Shown piece after piece: positions 32,217 through 42,465 of a stretch of DNA of 64,000 nt; the first letter of the stretch is position 1; each line of letters begins with the position of its first letter. A program made the position numbers and the translations under genes. Below the pieces are notes generated by a model. It did not search any database and was not told the origin of the DNA. It worked only from the letters and a program-made list of their open reading frames with translations. Origin of the DNA: an uncultured bacterium (GTDB lineage Bacteria > JAGOEH01); assembly GCA_964632485.1 (NCBI GenBank), contig CAZWDO010000009.1:12850-76849 (forward strand), written 5' to 3'.

Positions 32217-32469
32217 GGGCATGCTCCTTGTCATGGTTTCTTATCGAATATAGAAACTTCATGCGGGATACTCGTAATCAATAAGTCTATGATACGAGAT
32301 TCTGCATACAGTTTTCAGTAAAATGCGGGACCTATGTTCGGACCGGATTGGGCAGATTTTAAACAGGAACCTGCTTTGGAAATGAAGATATTTCATTCAA
32401 TGCGCCATCGCGAGCTTATTGTTGTCTGAAAATTCAACAGTTTCATAGGGAAAATCAGACTATATCGAG

Positions 32470-32907
32470 TTACACCTGATTGTCCAGATCGTTTAGCAGG
32501 CCGGAACCCAGGCCGGCCAGCATAACTTCGACACCTAATTGTTCATAATCGCCAGAAAGGGCGGAACGGTCAACCTGGGCATAGAATGAGCAACCGCCGG
32601 TTTCTTCAATCACGATGGCAGAAATCTGCTCGGCGCCTTCGCTGATAAACGTCACTTCGCCCATGCTTTCGGATACAACGATATTTTGGCAGTGGTGAAG
32701 TTGAAGATGCGAATTGGGGGTATAAACGACAATGAGAGCGCCCTGATGCTTCTGATCGGACAAACCGGGATAGATTTCGAGCGAGAGTCGTCGCTCGCTA
32801 TCCACTTCATTGAGCAAGGCAAAGCGGAAATGATCCCCTTCCTGCTTTAAGGCGCAGTTGAGAGTCTGGCAGATTTTTTCAAGCGTTTGGGTGTTAAATT
32901 CATGCAT
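32470..32907 (-). CDS. Hypothetical protein (145 aa)
   Basis: AAGGGG RBS, 12 bp downstream of cysS; alpha/beta-looking sequence (LSLEIYP, HLQLHHC, GEVTF). Confidence 0.7.
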   Translation of the reverse strand: MHEFNTQTLEKICQTLNCALKQEGDHFRFALLNEVDSERRLSLEIYPGLSDQKHQGALIVVYTPNSHLQLHHCQNIVVSESMGEVTFISEGAEQISAIVIEETGGCSFYAQVDRSALSGDYEQLGVEVMLAGLGSGLLNDLDNQV

Positions 32908-32919
32908 GGGTATTCCCCT

Positions 32920-34338
32920 TTAATTCAGAATCTTATACGTCGTTGTTTTATCGGGTCGATCTTCGAGGAGGACATTAAGCTCTCTGAGTTGATCGCGAAT
33001 TTGATCGGATAGTTGCCAATTTTTATCCTGGCGGGCGTTTTGGCGCAACGAAATCAGCAATTGAATCAACCGTTCGCTTAAATCGTTTTTTAAATCAGAT
33101 GGCGGAGCGATTTTAATACCCAGGACTTGATCAAGCCCTTTAAAAATTTTCATCACTAAAACACACTCCGACTGATTGAGTTTCCCGTTGATGACTGTCG
33201 GATTCCATTCTTTGATGAATTCAAAGATTTTTCCCATAGCGCCAGCAATATTCAAGTCATCGTCCATGGCATTTTCAAATTCGCGATTCATTTTATCAGC
33301 CGCTTCAACGATCCTGGAAACGGGTGATTGATTGGTTTGAATCACTTGGAGATTATGATGAAAATCACGAATGCGCTGCATGGCCTGTGAGGCCGCCAAA
33401 ACGCCTTCTATAGTGAAATTAAGGGGTTGGCGGTAATGAGTGGTCAGCAGTGTGTAGCGAATGGCCAGCGGGTCCAGTCCCTGGTGGATCAGGTCGCGCA
33501 ATGTGAAAAAATTACCCAGGGATTTACTCATCTTTTTACCATCGACAATCAGATGTGAGCAGTGCAGCCAGTAGTTGACAAAGGTTTTACCCGTAGCGGC
33601 TTCGGATTGGGCAATCTCATTTTCATGATGTGGGAACAGATTGTCGATGCCTCCGGTATGTATATCAAAGGTTTCTCCCAGGTATTTCATGCTCATGGCC
33701 GAACATTCAATGTGCCAGCCCGGTCGGCCTTTTCCGAGTTCAGTTTCCCAGTAAACATCGCCATCTTCCTCTGACCAGCTTTTCCAAAGCGCAAAGTCGC
33801 GCGCTTCTTCTTTTTCATATTCATCGGAATCAATGCGGGCGCCATCTCTCAAACCACTAATGTCCAAATGCGCCAATTTGCCGTAATTGGGGAACGAGTT
33901 TATTTTAAAATAGATGGAACCTTTTGATTCGTAGGTAAATCCTTTTTCCCTGAGTTGTTTTATTAATTGAACCATATCCGGGATATGATCGGTCGCCGCC
34001 GGGTATATCTCCGCGCGTTTTATATTGAGAGTATCCAGGTCTTCAAAAAAGGATTTTTTGTAACGGTCAGTGAACTGTTGGAGGGATATCTGTTCGTTAC
34101 GGCAACCCCGGATTGTTTTATCATCAATGTCAGTGAGATTCATCACCTGGGTAACCTCATGCCCTTTATAACGCAGATATCGTCTGAGCAAATCTTCAAA
34201 AATGTAAGCCCTGAAGTTGCCGATATGCGCATAGTTGTAAACCGTCGGGCCACAAGTATAAAGCTTAACTTTCTGCGGCGTAATCGGTTCAAAAACTTGC
34301 ATCTGGCGGGTCAACGAGTTATGGAATTGCAATGCCAT
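32920..34338 (-). CDS. cysS: Cysteine--tRNA ligase
   Basis: YTCGPTVYNYAHIGN, DFALWK, GRPGWHIECSAM, DIHTGG, FPHHENEIAQS, KMSKSLGN. AGGAG RBS places the start at 34338, not the track's 34494. Confidence 0.98.
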   Translation of the reverse strand: MALQFHNSLTRQMQVFEPITPQKVKLYTCGPTVYNYAHIGNFRAYIFEDLLRRYLRYKGHEVTQVMNLTDIDDKTIRGCRNEQISLQQFTDRYKKSFFEDLDTLNIKRAEIYPAATDHIPDMVQLIKQLREKGFTYESKGSIYFKINSFPNYGKLAHLDISGLRDGARIDSDEYEKEEARDFALWKSWSEEDGDVYWETELGKGRPGWHIECSAMSMKYLGETFDIHTGGIDNLFPHHENEIAQSEAATGKTFVNYWLHCSHLIVDGKKMSKSLGNFFTLRDLIHQGLDPLAIRYTLLTTHYRQPLNFTIEGVLAASQAMQRIRDFHHNLQVIQTNQSPVSRIVEAADKMNREFENAMDDDLNIAGAMGKIFEFIKEWNPTVINGKLNQSECVLVMKIFKGLDQVLGIKIAPPSDLKNDLSERLIQLLISLRQNARQDKNWQLSDQIRDQLRELNVLLEDRPDKTTTYKILN

Positions 34339-35104
34339 TTGAATACTCCTGCTGATATGTATGAAAAGAAAATTGTCCGGCTTGGTAAACCATATATGAT
34401 TCCTTATGTAGCCAGGGACCCAGACTGATAAACAATTTTTTATCAATCTGTTCGTGATGGGCATGATGGGTATGAGCAATGATAATGCCATCAAAATCGG
34501 TTTCTTCGAGCGTTTTTACAGCCCATTCTATATAGGGATCAATTTTAAGCTCGTCAATTTCTAATTCCGGATCATGGTTGGCCTGCCGGCTTATCGAAGA
34601 AGCGCTCATTCCCGAGCGCATACCCCAATCCGGATGGATTAGAGAAAAAAAAGCCTGGCATAAGGGGTTTCTCAGAATTTTTTTCAAAAGGCGATATCCT
34701 TTGTCGGCAGGGGCCCGGCCGTCCCCATGATCCAGTAAATAGCGTTTGCCGTCCACCTGCCAAATCCAGGGTTGATCGTGAGTGGTAATCTTGAGCGTTT
34801 CTGAAAAAAAAGTTCCCAATTGGAAATCATGATTACCCGCAAAATAGTGCAGCTCTTTGCCATGTTGGGGAAACTCTTCCATTATACGATAAATTTGGAA
34901 AAAATGTTTGGGTATATAGTAACGGTATTCATACCAAAAATCAAACAGATCACCGAGGATAAAGAGTCCGGCGCAATCCGCATCGTTGAGGCATTGAATT
35001 AAAAAGTCGCGGAGCCGGGCTTGTCGCTTCCCTTCAAAAGGGATGGTCGTCGGTTTAAGATGGGCATCGGCGATAAAATACCATTTACGATTGGGACGCT
35101 TCAT
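34319..35104 (-). CDS. lpxH: UDP-2,3-diacylglucosamine diphosphatase (LpxH-type metallophosphoesterase)
   Basis: IADAHL, GDLFDFW, GNHD, HGDG, AHTHH calcineurin-like motifs; 20-bp overlaps with both neighbours. Confidence 0.85.
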   Translation of the reverse strand: MKRPNRKWYFIADAHLKPTTIPFEGKRQARLRDFLIQCLNDADCAGLFILGDLFDFWYEYRYYIPKHFFQIYRIMEEFPQHGKELHYFAGNHDFQLGTFFSETLKITTHDQPWIWQVDGKRYLLDHGDGRAPADKGYRLLKKILRNPLCQAFFSLIHPDWGMRSGMSASSISRQANHDPELEIDELKIDPYIEWAVKTLEETDFDGIIIAHTHHAHHEQIDKKLFISLGPWLHKESYMVYQAGQFSFHTYQQEYSNGIAIP

Positions 35105-35729
35105 TGATTATTTCGTCGATTACCGCCTGATTCTTTGCTTCCCGATTCAGGCTCGCATCAATGTCATAGGTGCCAAACCGTTCATCGATCTGGACCTGGA
35201 AGCGGTCAATGATCTCGGAAAGCGAATTGCTGATTTCGATTATAATTCCACGGGCTGCGCTTAACTGTTGTGATGTGATATCCTGGAATTGTAAATCAGC
35301 ATAAATATCATTAAGTAAATCCTGGTTTTTCTGATTGGTCTCTTTAATTGTATTCACTACGTTTAGATGTTTTTCCGTGTCCACATCGATTTCCAGCAAT
35401 TTCGCATCAATCTCCATACTGTGATCTAAAATCTGGTCGATGCGGTCCATGATATTCATGGTTGTATTTTCGGTTTCGAGGCTAACATTTTCGATTTTCG
35501 TGCGGGCTACAGGCATTGAATTCAGACTGGTCTCGACTTTATGATGCATTTCGTTTATTTTTGGAAAAATCTCATGGATATCCTCAAAAATCCGGCTTAA
35601 ATCGGGAAGCAACCTTGGAATATCGGTGATCAATAGCTGGAAGTCAGGTTGGATTTTTTGTAGTAGATTAAACATCTCCTGAGCTTTTTGAATCGTGTCC
35701 AGGGCGTTATCGAGATCTAATTTTTTCAT
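35085..35729 (-). CDS. cheZ: CheZ-family protein phosphatase
   Basis: Helical; TENTTMNIMDRID, catalytic-type LQFQDITSQQL, C-terminal NQAVIDEII helix; AAGGAG RBS. Confidence 0.8.
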   Translation of the reverse strand: MKKLDLDNALDTIQKAQEMFNLLQKIQPDFQLLITDIPRLLPDLSRIFEDIHEIFPKINEMHHKVETSLNSMPVARTKIENVSLETENTTMNIMDRIDQILDHSMEIDAKLLEIDVDTEKHLNVVNTIKETNQKNQDLLNDIYADLQFQDITSQQLSAARGIIIEISNSLSEIIDRFQVQIDERFGTYDIDASLNREAKNQAVIDEIINEASQS

Positions 35730-35747
35730 CGTCCGCTCCTTTTTGGC

Positions 35748-35776
35748 AATATAAACAAGTTCAACGGTTTAGTCAA
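35748..35776 (-). promoter_or_regulatory. Sigma70-type promoter for cheZ-lpxH-cysS
   Basis: Minus strand TTGACT-N17-TATATT. Confidence 0.65.
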
Positions 35777-35814
35777 CATTTTTTTAAAAAAAAGTGTAAC
35801 AAAATGAAATAGGC

Positions 35815-35842
35815 TTGATTTTTTTTTATTTTTCAGTATAAT
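35815..35842 (+). promoter_or_regulatory. Sigma70-type promoter for the acyltransferase-rimO operon
   Basis: TTGATT-N16-TATAAT, divergent from the cheZ promoter. Confidence 0.55.
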
Positions 35843-35863
35843 ATCAACTTAAACAAGGAGTCG

Positions 35864-36649
35864 ATGATGAATTTAAAAGACCTGGATTCTAAGGTAAATG
35901 TTTTCTTTAATGAAAACGTAATGATCGGCGATGGTTCTAAATATGGTGAATTTTGTGTGTTTGAAGCAGATGTAGTTGTTGGGAGAAATTGCCAAATCGG
36001 GCATCATGTTGTCATTCATGGCGGATGTGTGATCGGTGATAATGTGCGCATTGACGATTTCACGGTTATTGGAAAACAACCCATGAAAGGTAAACGCTCA
36101 GCCATTGCCACCGGAGGGACTTTCCCCCCGGCGATGATTGGAGAAGACACCGTGATCGGCAGCGCAGTTCTTATTTATGCGGGGACAAATATCGGGCGCG
36201 GTTGTCTGATTGCCGATCAGGCTTCTCTCCGTGAAGATGTATCGATCGGTGATTTGACTATTGTTGGCAAAGGAGTGTCCATTGAAAATAAAGTTTCAAT
36301 CGGTCGCAAGGTCAAACTGGAATTAGGCTGTTATATCACTGCTCTATCGGAAATCGGCGATTATGTGTTTGTCGCGCCAATGGTCACGACAACCAATGAT
36401 AACTATATGGGACGAACGGAAGAACGCAAGCTGAAATTCAGAGGAGTAACGATCCGGACAGGCGGACGAATCGGCGCCAACTCGACAATCCTGCCGGGAC
36501 GAGTGATTGGCGAGGATGCAGTGGTAGCCGCCGGTAGCGTCGTAACGCATAATATCCCCCCCCGTGAATTGTGGCTGGGAAATCCCGCCCGTTTCTTACG
36601 TCCGGTTCCTGCTGAACAATTGCTTGAAAATCAGGGAGAAAATTTTTAG
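35864..36649 (+). CDS. Hexapeptide-repeat (left-handed beta-helix) N-acyltransferase
   Basis: Many [IV]G-x-x-x-x repeats; FVAPMVTTTND, GGRIGANSTILPG, VAAGSVVT, GNPARF. Confidence 0.9.
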   Translation: MMNLKDLDSKVNVFFNENVMIGDGSKYGEFCVFEADVVVGRNCQIGHHVVIHGGCVIGDNVRIDDFTVIGKQPMKGKRSAIATGGTFPPAMIGEDTVIGSAVLIYAGTNIGRGCLIADQASLREDVSIGDLTIVGKGVSIENKVSIGRKVKLELGCYITALSEIGDYVFVAPMVTTTNDNYMGRTEERKLKFRGVTIRTGGRIGANSTILPGRVIGEDAVVAAGSVVTHNIPPRELWLGNPARFLRPVPAEQLLENQGENF

Positions 36650-37263
36650 TGGTTCTGAAATTATCCTGTATGTATCCATCTCCACGCCAGATGCAACGCA
36701 TTATTTCCGCTTTCGAAGATGGACAGCTCGTTTGCTATCCCACTGATACGGTTTATGGTATCGGCTGCGGAATTCGCCATCCAGGCCCAATCGAACTGAT
36801 ATACCGTCTAAAAGGGATTTCTCGAAAAAGCAAACCCTTGAGCCTGATGTTCAGTTCTATCCAGCAGATTAGTGAGTATGCCCTGGTGCCGGATCATATT
36901 TTTAGCGTTCTGCGGCGCTATCTGCCAGGACCCTTCACTTTTATCCTGGAAGCCAGAAAATCATTGCCCCGCGCGTTATTTGGTGAAAAACGTAAAACTA
37001 TCGGCGTACGAATCCCCGATAATAATATTTGCTTAGAGATGATAAACGAACTCGGTACCCCGATTATTACTACCAGCCTGACTGATGAGTCAGGCGCCAT
37101 TATTAACGATCCGTATCTAATTGAATTAAGTTATCAGGGGCATCTCGGTTTAGTGATAGATGGCGGGGAAACGCCGGGTCTTCCGAGCACAGTGATCGAT
37201 CTGACGACCGACGAACCGACAATTATCCGCGAAGGCGCCGGTTTCGGAGAATGGTATGTATAA
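36649..37263 (+). CDS. Sua5/YciO/YrdC-family protein (threonylcarbamoyl-AMP synthase-like)
   Basis: YPTDTVYGIGC, KPLSLM, LPGPFTFIL, TIGVRIPD, IITTS, STVIDL. Confidence 0.9.
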   Translation: MVLKLSCMYPSPRQMQRIISAFEDGQLVCYPTDTVYGIGCGIRHPGPIELIYRLKGISRKSKPLSLMFSSIQQISEYALVPDHIFSVLRRYLPGPFTFILEARKSLPRALFGEKRKTIGVRIPDNNICLEMINELGTPIITTSLTDESGAIINDPYLIELSYQGHLGLVIDGGETPGLPSTVIDLTTDEPTIIREGAGFGEWYV

Positions 37264-38599
37264 AATCTATATTGAAACATTAGGGTGTCCCAAAAATAGA
37301 GTCGACAGTGAACGCTTTCTGGCTAATTTTAACGGCAGCCTCACGTCGCATCCCCGACTTGCTGATTTGATTATTGTCAATACATGCGCCTTTATCGATG
37401 ATGCCACTGAAGAATCGATCCAACGAATTCTGGAACTGGCCCGATTGAAAGTGCATCATCCTGAAATAAAGATACTGGTTTTTGGTTGCCTGGTCAATCG
37501 TTATGGCCGGGAGAAACTTTCTGAATTGATACCCGAAGTGGACGGTTTCCTGCCTGTCATTGATGATCAAAAACCGGAAGATACCGCTCTGTTCCAATCA
37601 TTTAAGGATGCTTCCTCTTCCTGCAAAGATCTAAATTTCCCCTCACTGACGCCTGCCTATTACCGCTATTTGAAGCTTTCCGAGGGTTGCAACAATCATT
37701 GCTCTTATTGTTTGATCCCCTCCATTCGCGGTAATCTGAGGAGTAGGGACCTTGAAGATATCGGCCGTCAGATCGGGATTTGGTCTCAGGATTTGCGTTT
37801 GCGTGAGATTATCCTGATCGCGCAGGACACTACCCGTTATGGAGATGATTTGGCAGTCCCATTGCGTTTGGTTCATCTGCTGCGTCTGATCGAAGAGAGT
37901 CCATTTCAGGGCTGGGTCCGTCTGCTCTATACTAATCCGGGATACTTTACTGCAGAATTAATCGATTTTTTAGCGAGTAGCCGCAAAGTGGTTCCTTATC
38001 TGGATATGCCGATTCAGCACTCGCATCGCGAGGTTTTAAAACGGATGAACCGGCGTTATGATACGAATCAACTAATCGATTTGTATCAGCAGTTACGGGC
38101 CCGTATCCCGTCTTTGATTCTGCGAACAACGGTAATGGTCGGATTTCCTTATGAGACGGAAAAACGGTTTGAGCATCTGCTGAATTTTATCCAGGAGTAT
38201 CCGTTTGATAAATTGGGGGCTTTTGTGTTTCAGCCGCAGGAAGGGACCCTTGCTTATCACTGGCGAAAGCATGCAGTGGCGCGTCATACTAAGGATCATC
38301 GCCTGGCCGAATTAATGGGGATTCAGCATGAACTGGCGCGTGAGCGCAATCAGCTTTGGATCGGAAAGTCCCTGCGCGTGCTGGTTGAGGGCAGGTGTAA
38401 TAAAAAAGGATATTCATGGGTGGGGCGAAGCTTTATGGATGCCCCTGATATCGATGGGCTTACTTACATCCGCTCCGGGAATGAGCTGACCCCCGGTGAA
38501 TGGGTGGATGTGACTATTGAAAAAGCCGATAGCTACGACACATTTGCTGCGGTAAATGAAGGCACTCTATCAATGGACGGGGAGGAGAATTGCAGATAG
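37256..38599 (+). CDS. rimO: Ribosomal protein S12 methylthiotransferase
   Basis: TLGCPKNRVDSE, VNTCAFI, radical SAM LKLSEGCNNHCSYCLIP, YLDMPIQH, C-terminal TRAM (GRSFMDAPDIDG). Confidence 0.93.
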   Translation: MYKIYIETLGCPKNRVDSERFLANFNGSLTSHPRLADLIIVNTCAFIDDATEESIQRILELARLKVHHPEIKILVFGCLVNRYGREKLSELIPEVDGFLPVIDDQKPEDTALFQSFKDASSSCKDLNFPSLTPAYYRYLKLSEGCNNHCSYCLIPSIRGNLRSRDLEDIGRQIGIWSQDLRLREIILIAQDTTRYGDDLAVPLRLVHLLRLIEESPFQGWVRLLYTNPGYFTAELIDFLASSRKVVPYLDMPIQHSHREVLKRMNRRYDTNQLIDLYQQLRARIPSLILRTTVMVGFPYETEKRFEHLLNFIQEYPFDKLGAFVFQPQEGTLAYHWRKHAVARHTKDHRLAELMGIQHELARERNQLWIGKSLRVLVEGRCNKKGYSWVGRSFMDAPDIDGLTYIRSGNELTPGEWVDVTIEKADSYDTFAAVNEGTLSMDGEENCR

Positions 38600-39384
38600 G
38601 ATTGAAAATCTGGTCGATCAATACGGATTGCGCATCCACGATTGAACAGATCATCCGGGAAAAATTATGCGACTATATTGAGTTATATATCGTTCCGGGA
38701 ACATTTTACGAAACGCATGAATTTTGGCGCTCTCTTCCGGTACCGTATATTCTCCATGCCCCGACGACTCTGCATGGATTAAATCCCGCCAGAGCTGAAC
38801 TGGCTGATTCCAATTGTCGCTTATATGAGGAAGTCGAATGGTTCGCAGCGGATTTGGGGACAGAAACAATCATCTTGCATCCGGGCATAGATGGCCCGTT
38901 GGCGACTTCCATTGCCTGGTTACGCGGGATTGCGCGACCTGGACTGTTGATTGAGAATAAACCCTGGTGGTCGCTGGACCGACGAGTCTGCGTGGGAGCG
39001 ACGCCGATTGCTATTCAATATATCATGAGCCAAACCGGAATCGGATTCTGCCTTGATTTCGGCCATGCCATCAAAACCGCTATTGCGTTGAAACTCAATG
39101 CCCTTGATTTAATCGATCGATTCTTAGAATTGAAACCCGCCATATTTCATATATCGGATGGGAATATGTTGGATATGATGGACCAACACTGGTCGCTGGG
39201 AAAAGGGGATTTCCCGTTTCCCCTTATTTTTCAACGACTTCTTTTATTCCAACCTTCAAAAATTACGGTGGAGACCGAAAAGGAGTTTCCCGATTTTTAT
39301 GATCAGTTTTATAGGGACATTATGTTCATTCGCCGACAATTTACAAATCTTGAATGCAACCCGAAACTCTCAGATGATATTTGA
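38590..39384 (+). CDS. Sugar-phosphate isomerase/epimerase-like (AP endonuclease 2) TIM-barrel protein
   Basis: DYIELY, ILHAP, ILHPG, LIENKP, CLDFGHA, FHISDG, DQHWSLGKG, TVET. Confidence 0.8.
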   Translation: MQIGLKIWSINTDCASTIEQIIREKLCDYIELYIVPGTFYETHEFWRSLPVPYILHAPTTLHGLNPARAELADSNCRLYEEVEWFAADLGTETIILHPGIDGPLATSIAWLRGIARPGLLIENKPWWSLDRRVCVGATPIAIQYIMSQTGIGFCLDFGHAIKTAIALKLNALDLIDRFLELKPAIFHISDGNMLDMMDQHWSLGKGDFPFPLIFQRLLLFQPSKITVETEKEFPDFYDQFYRDIMFIRRQFTNLECNPKLSDDI

Positions 39385-39529
39385 AAATGATTGGAATAGC
39401 TTCATTCCGCCCAAATTTATTCAAGGGTTGTACCCGAATTTTTGCATTAAGCGACTCAGTACGAGGATTGCTATTTTAAAGAATTTGGGTTTAAATAAAA
39501 TTTTAAAATGTTTTTTTTCAATTTTTTAC

Positions 39530-39558
39530 TTGACATTTTGAGGTTTTAGGATTATTAA
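39530..39558 (+). promoter_or_regulatory. Possible sigma70-type promoter for the M6 protease
   Basis: TTGACA-N17-TATTAA; the -10 element is imperfect. Confidence 0.45.
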
Positions 39559-39593
39559 GTAATTTGGTAGATTAGTTTTCAGCAGGAGGAAAA

Positions 39594-42335
39594 ATGTCTA
39601 AAAATTATTTGCTTGTGTTGATTGTTGTTATCTGTTTAATGAGTCAAGTTGTCGCTTTCCGTTTGCCGCCCAATGGGAGGATCAATGATGAAACCCGGCG
39701 TTGGGCGCAGTCGTTGGCCGAACATTATGCGGAAGGCAATTTGTATGAAATGATTCAGGCCCGTCGGGCGCGGCTGTTGTCAATCCACAATCCCAAGGAA
39801 CGGTTGGCAGCCATGCAGCGTGAAGCGATGGAAATTCATATTCCGGTGGTATGCGGGTATTATGCCGACGTGCCTCCCACCTATTCTGATTTTTCCAGTC
39901 GTATGCAGAACCGGCTGTTTGAGGGTACCGATACCACTATGCGGAATTTTTATCTGGAAAATTCCTACAACCAGTTCACTGTTTCCGGCCAGGTTTATAA
40001 TTGGGTAGCGCTTCCCGGGAATGAAAACGAATACGTGAATACCTCAACCGGCCATTCAGGCAATACCGGCAAACTGATCCACGATATCCTCGACGACTTG
40101 GACAACACCGTGGATTTTAGTATTTACGATAATGATGGTGATGGAAATGTGGAGAATTTGTGTGTGGTCTTTTCCGGCCCCGGGCAGGAGTATTTCGGAG
40201 ATGAGGATACCACCAATGTTCATATCTGGTCGCATAGTTCTTACTTACGGAGTAAAAGCGGCGGAGTGTTCCGTACGAATGACACGAATAGTATGGGGTT
40301 GCGGGTTAGCATCGATAAATATACCATTCAATGCGAGACCAAGGGAGATGGTTCGATTTCGGGTATCTCCGTATTTTGCCATGAATTCGGCCATGTTTTG
40401 GGTTTGCCCGATTTATATGATATCGATTATACCACCCGGGGTACCGGCAATTGGTGCCAGATGGCCAGCGGTTCGTACAATACGGAAGATTGCCCCGCTC
40501 ATTTCCATGCCTGGTGCAAGGAGATGCTGGGGTGGCTGATGGTGACTGAAATCACGGAAGCGACGCAAAATCTGGAGCTTTATCCCATTGAGACCCATCC
40601 GATTGCTTATAAAATATGGCGGAACGGCGTGATTCAGCCCTTTACCCCGTACCTGATCAATGGAAACCCCGGCCCCAATCTGGGCGAGGAATATTATCTA
40701 CTGGAATATCGCAAGCGGATCGGATTTGACCGGCATCTCAATGGCGAAGGATTGTTGATTTCTTATATCAATAACACGCGCGCCAATGGCTCAAACAGTT
40801 TTAACAGTTTCGATGACAGTCCGGGAGTAAAAATCATACAGGCCGACGGCCGGGATGATTTAAAGAATAAGCGTAATTCGGGCGACGATGGCGATGTTTT
40901 TCCCGGTTCCAGCGATAATCGGCTTTTCACCGATACCACGAATCCCGCCAGCATTGATTACGCTAATATCCCGACAATGGTTGAGATTTATGATATCGGG
41001 GACCCGGACACGACCATCCATTTTTCAGCCTTGGTTTCCTATCGCTACCCATTTTTTGTCCATATACAAAATTACGTAAAAAATGAGTGGAATCGATTAT
41101 TGCCAGGGCGTACCGATACGGTATGGTTTAAACTCTATAATAAAAAAGGCTCTGCCGGGCAGGTTTCGATAAGCGCATCGTCCTCGGATGAAACAGTCAG
41201 TTTTTTACAGGATGAGTTTGTTCTGGATAATGTTCCTCTTTTGGATACTATTATCACCCAATCTGTTCCTTTGGTGGTTCAGGTTCCCGCCGATGCTGCG
41301 GCCGGACGATCTCGCATCCGCTTGAATTTTTATAATAATGATGGATTTCAGCAAACACTTGAGTTTCCGATTATTATCGGATATCCTGAGCTGTTGGTAG
41401 TTAGAGAAAACCGTTATGTTATGGATTTGTCCGAGATTGATCATACTATGGACAGTCTGGCATTGAATTATGAATATTTTGACCTTGCCCGGGAAATCGA
41501 TTATGCGGGGGCGCTAACCCGACAAATCGGGTGGTCGCACCGTCGGACAATTTGCCTCTTCGGCGGTGATTATTTGGGCGCTTTTAATTCGCAAGCCATG
41601 AAAGACAGTATTCGGCAGTTTATCCAGCAGGGTGGAAATTTATTGATAAGCGGGGGAAAATTCCCCGTCATGATTGGACGGCAGGATTCTGTTTTTTTCC
41701 AGGAGTGTTTTCACGCCCGTTATGATACGGTACTGACTAATCGGTTGATTTTGCGCGGTTTTACCAATGATCCGCTTTCCAGCAATGCCCAGGGACAGCC
41801 CTGGGTGGTCCGGTTGTCCGGAGTATCGACCACTTCGTCCATCCAACCTATGCAGGGCGCGCAACCGATATGTTCTTATTGGGGATTGAATCAAAAATAC
41901 GGGGGTATCCGCTACGATAACGGCGCCGGTAAAACAGTTTTGTTCTCAATTCCCCTGGATGCAGTTACCAAATCCTATGATGCGGATGTTCCGCCGACTG
42001 AAATTATTCTAAGAATGTTGGATTGGTTCAATGGCGCTGTCGATATCGATGAAGTCGAAACGGAGCAAGAAATTGCCGGGAATCTGCGCTTCACTCTTTA
42101 TCCCAATCCGCTCGTTGAGGAAATCCATCTCCGATGGTGGAGCAAAAGCAGTCGCGCGGTGAATTTAAATTTTTTTGATCTTACGGGACGGAAAATCTGG
42201 CAGAGCAATTGGCAGGCGAAACCCGGTTGGAATGAATGGACCCTGACTGTTCCGAATTTGCCCTCGGGGATCTATTTTTACCGCTTTGAAACTGATTCGC
42301 AACACCAAACAGGGAGAGTGTTATTGATTAAATAG
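39594..42335 (+). CDS. Secreted M6-family (immune inhibitor A-like) metalloprotease with T9SS-type C-terminal domain
   Basis: Signal peptide; MRNFYLENSY, DFSIYDNDGDG, IWSH, HEFGHVLGLPDLYD (HExxH), WCQMASGS; C-terminal LYPNPL...FDLTGRKI...LPSGIYFYRF...GRVLLIK. Confidence 0.92.
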   Translation: MSKNYLLVLIVVICLMSQVVAFRLPPNGRINDETRRWAQSLAEHYAEGNLYEMIQARRARLLSIHNPKERLAAMQREAMEIHIPVVCGYYADVPPTYSDFSSRMQNRLFEGTDTTMRNFYLENSYNQFTVSGQVYNWVALPGNENEYVNTSTGHSGNTGKLIHDILDDLDNTVDFSIYDNDGDGNVENLCVVFSGPGQEYFGDEDTTNVHIWSHSSYLRSKSGGVFRTNDTNSMGLRVSIDKYTIQCETKGDGSISGISVFCHEFGHVLGLPDLYDIDYTTRGTGNWCQMASGSYNTEDCPAHFHAWCKEMLGWLMVTEITEATQNLELYPIETHPIAYKIWRNGVIQPFTPYLINGNPGPNLGEEYYLLEYRKRIGFDRHLNGEGLLISYINNTRANGSNSFNSFDDSPGVKIIQADGRDDLKNKRNSGDDGDVFPGSSDNRLFTDTTNPASIDYANIPTMVEIYDIGDPDTTIHFSALVSYRYPFFVHIQNYVKNEWNRLLPGRTDTVWFKLYNKKGSAGQVSISASSSDETVSFLQDEFVLDNVPLLDTIITQSVPLVVQVPADAAAGRSRIRLNFYNNDGFQQTLEFPIIIGYPELLVVRENRYVMDLSEIDHTMDSLALNYEYFDLAREIDYAGALTRQIGWSHRRTICLFGGDYLGAFNSQAMKDSIRQFIQQGGNLLISGGKFPVMIGRQDSVFFQECFHARYDTVLTNRLILRGFTNDPLSSNAQGQPWVVRLSGVSTTSSIQPMQGAQPICSYWGLNQKYGGIRYDNGAGKTVLFSIPLDAVTKSYDADVPPTEIILRMLDWFNGAVDIDEVETEQEIAGNLRFTLYPNPLVEEIHLRWWSKSSRAVNLNFFDLTGRKIWQSNWQAKPGWNEWTLTVPNLPSGIYFYRFETDSQHQTGRVLLIK

Positions 42336-42465
42336 AGCGCTTTATAGATGTATCGCGGCCATCATCCCGGATTGTGGGCCGAAATGGTGAATGTGAGAAA
42401 TCTATGGACAGACTCTAATTAGTTTGTTACATCTTGTGGTATCTTAACAGTAGGAGGAGTAGTTT

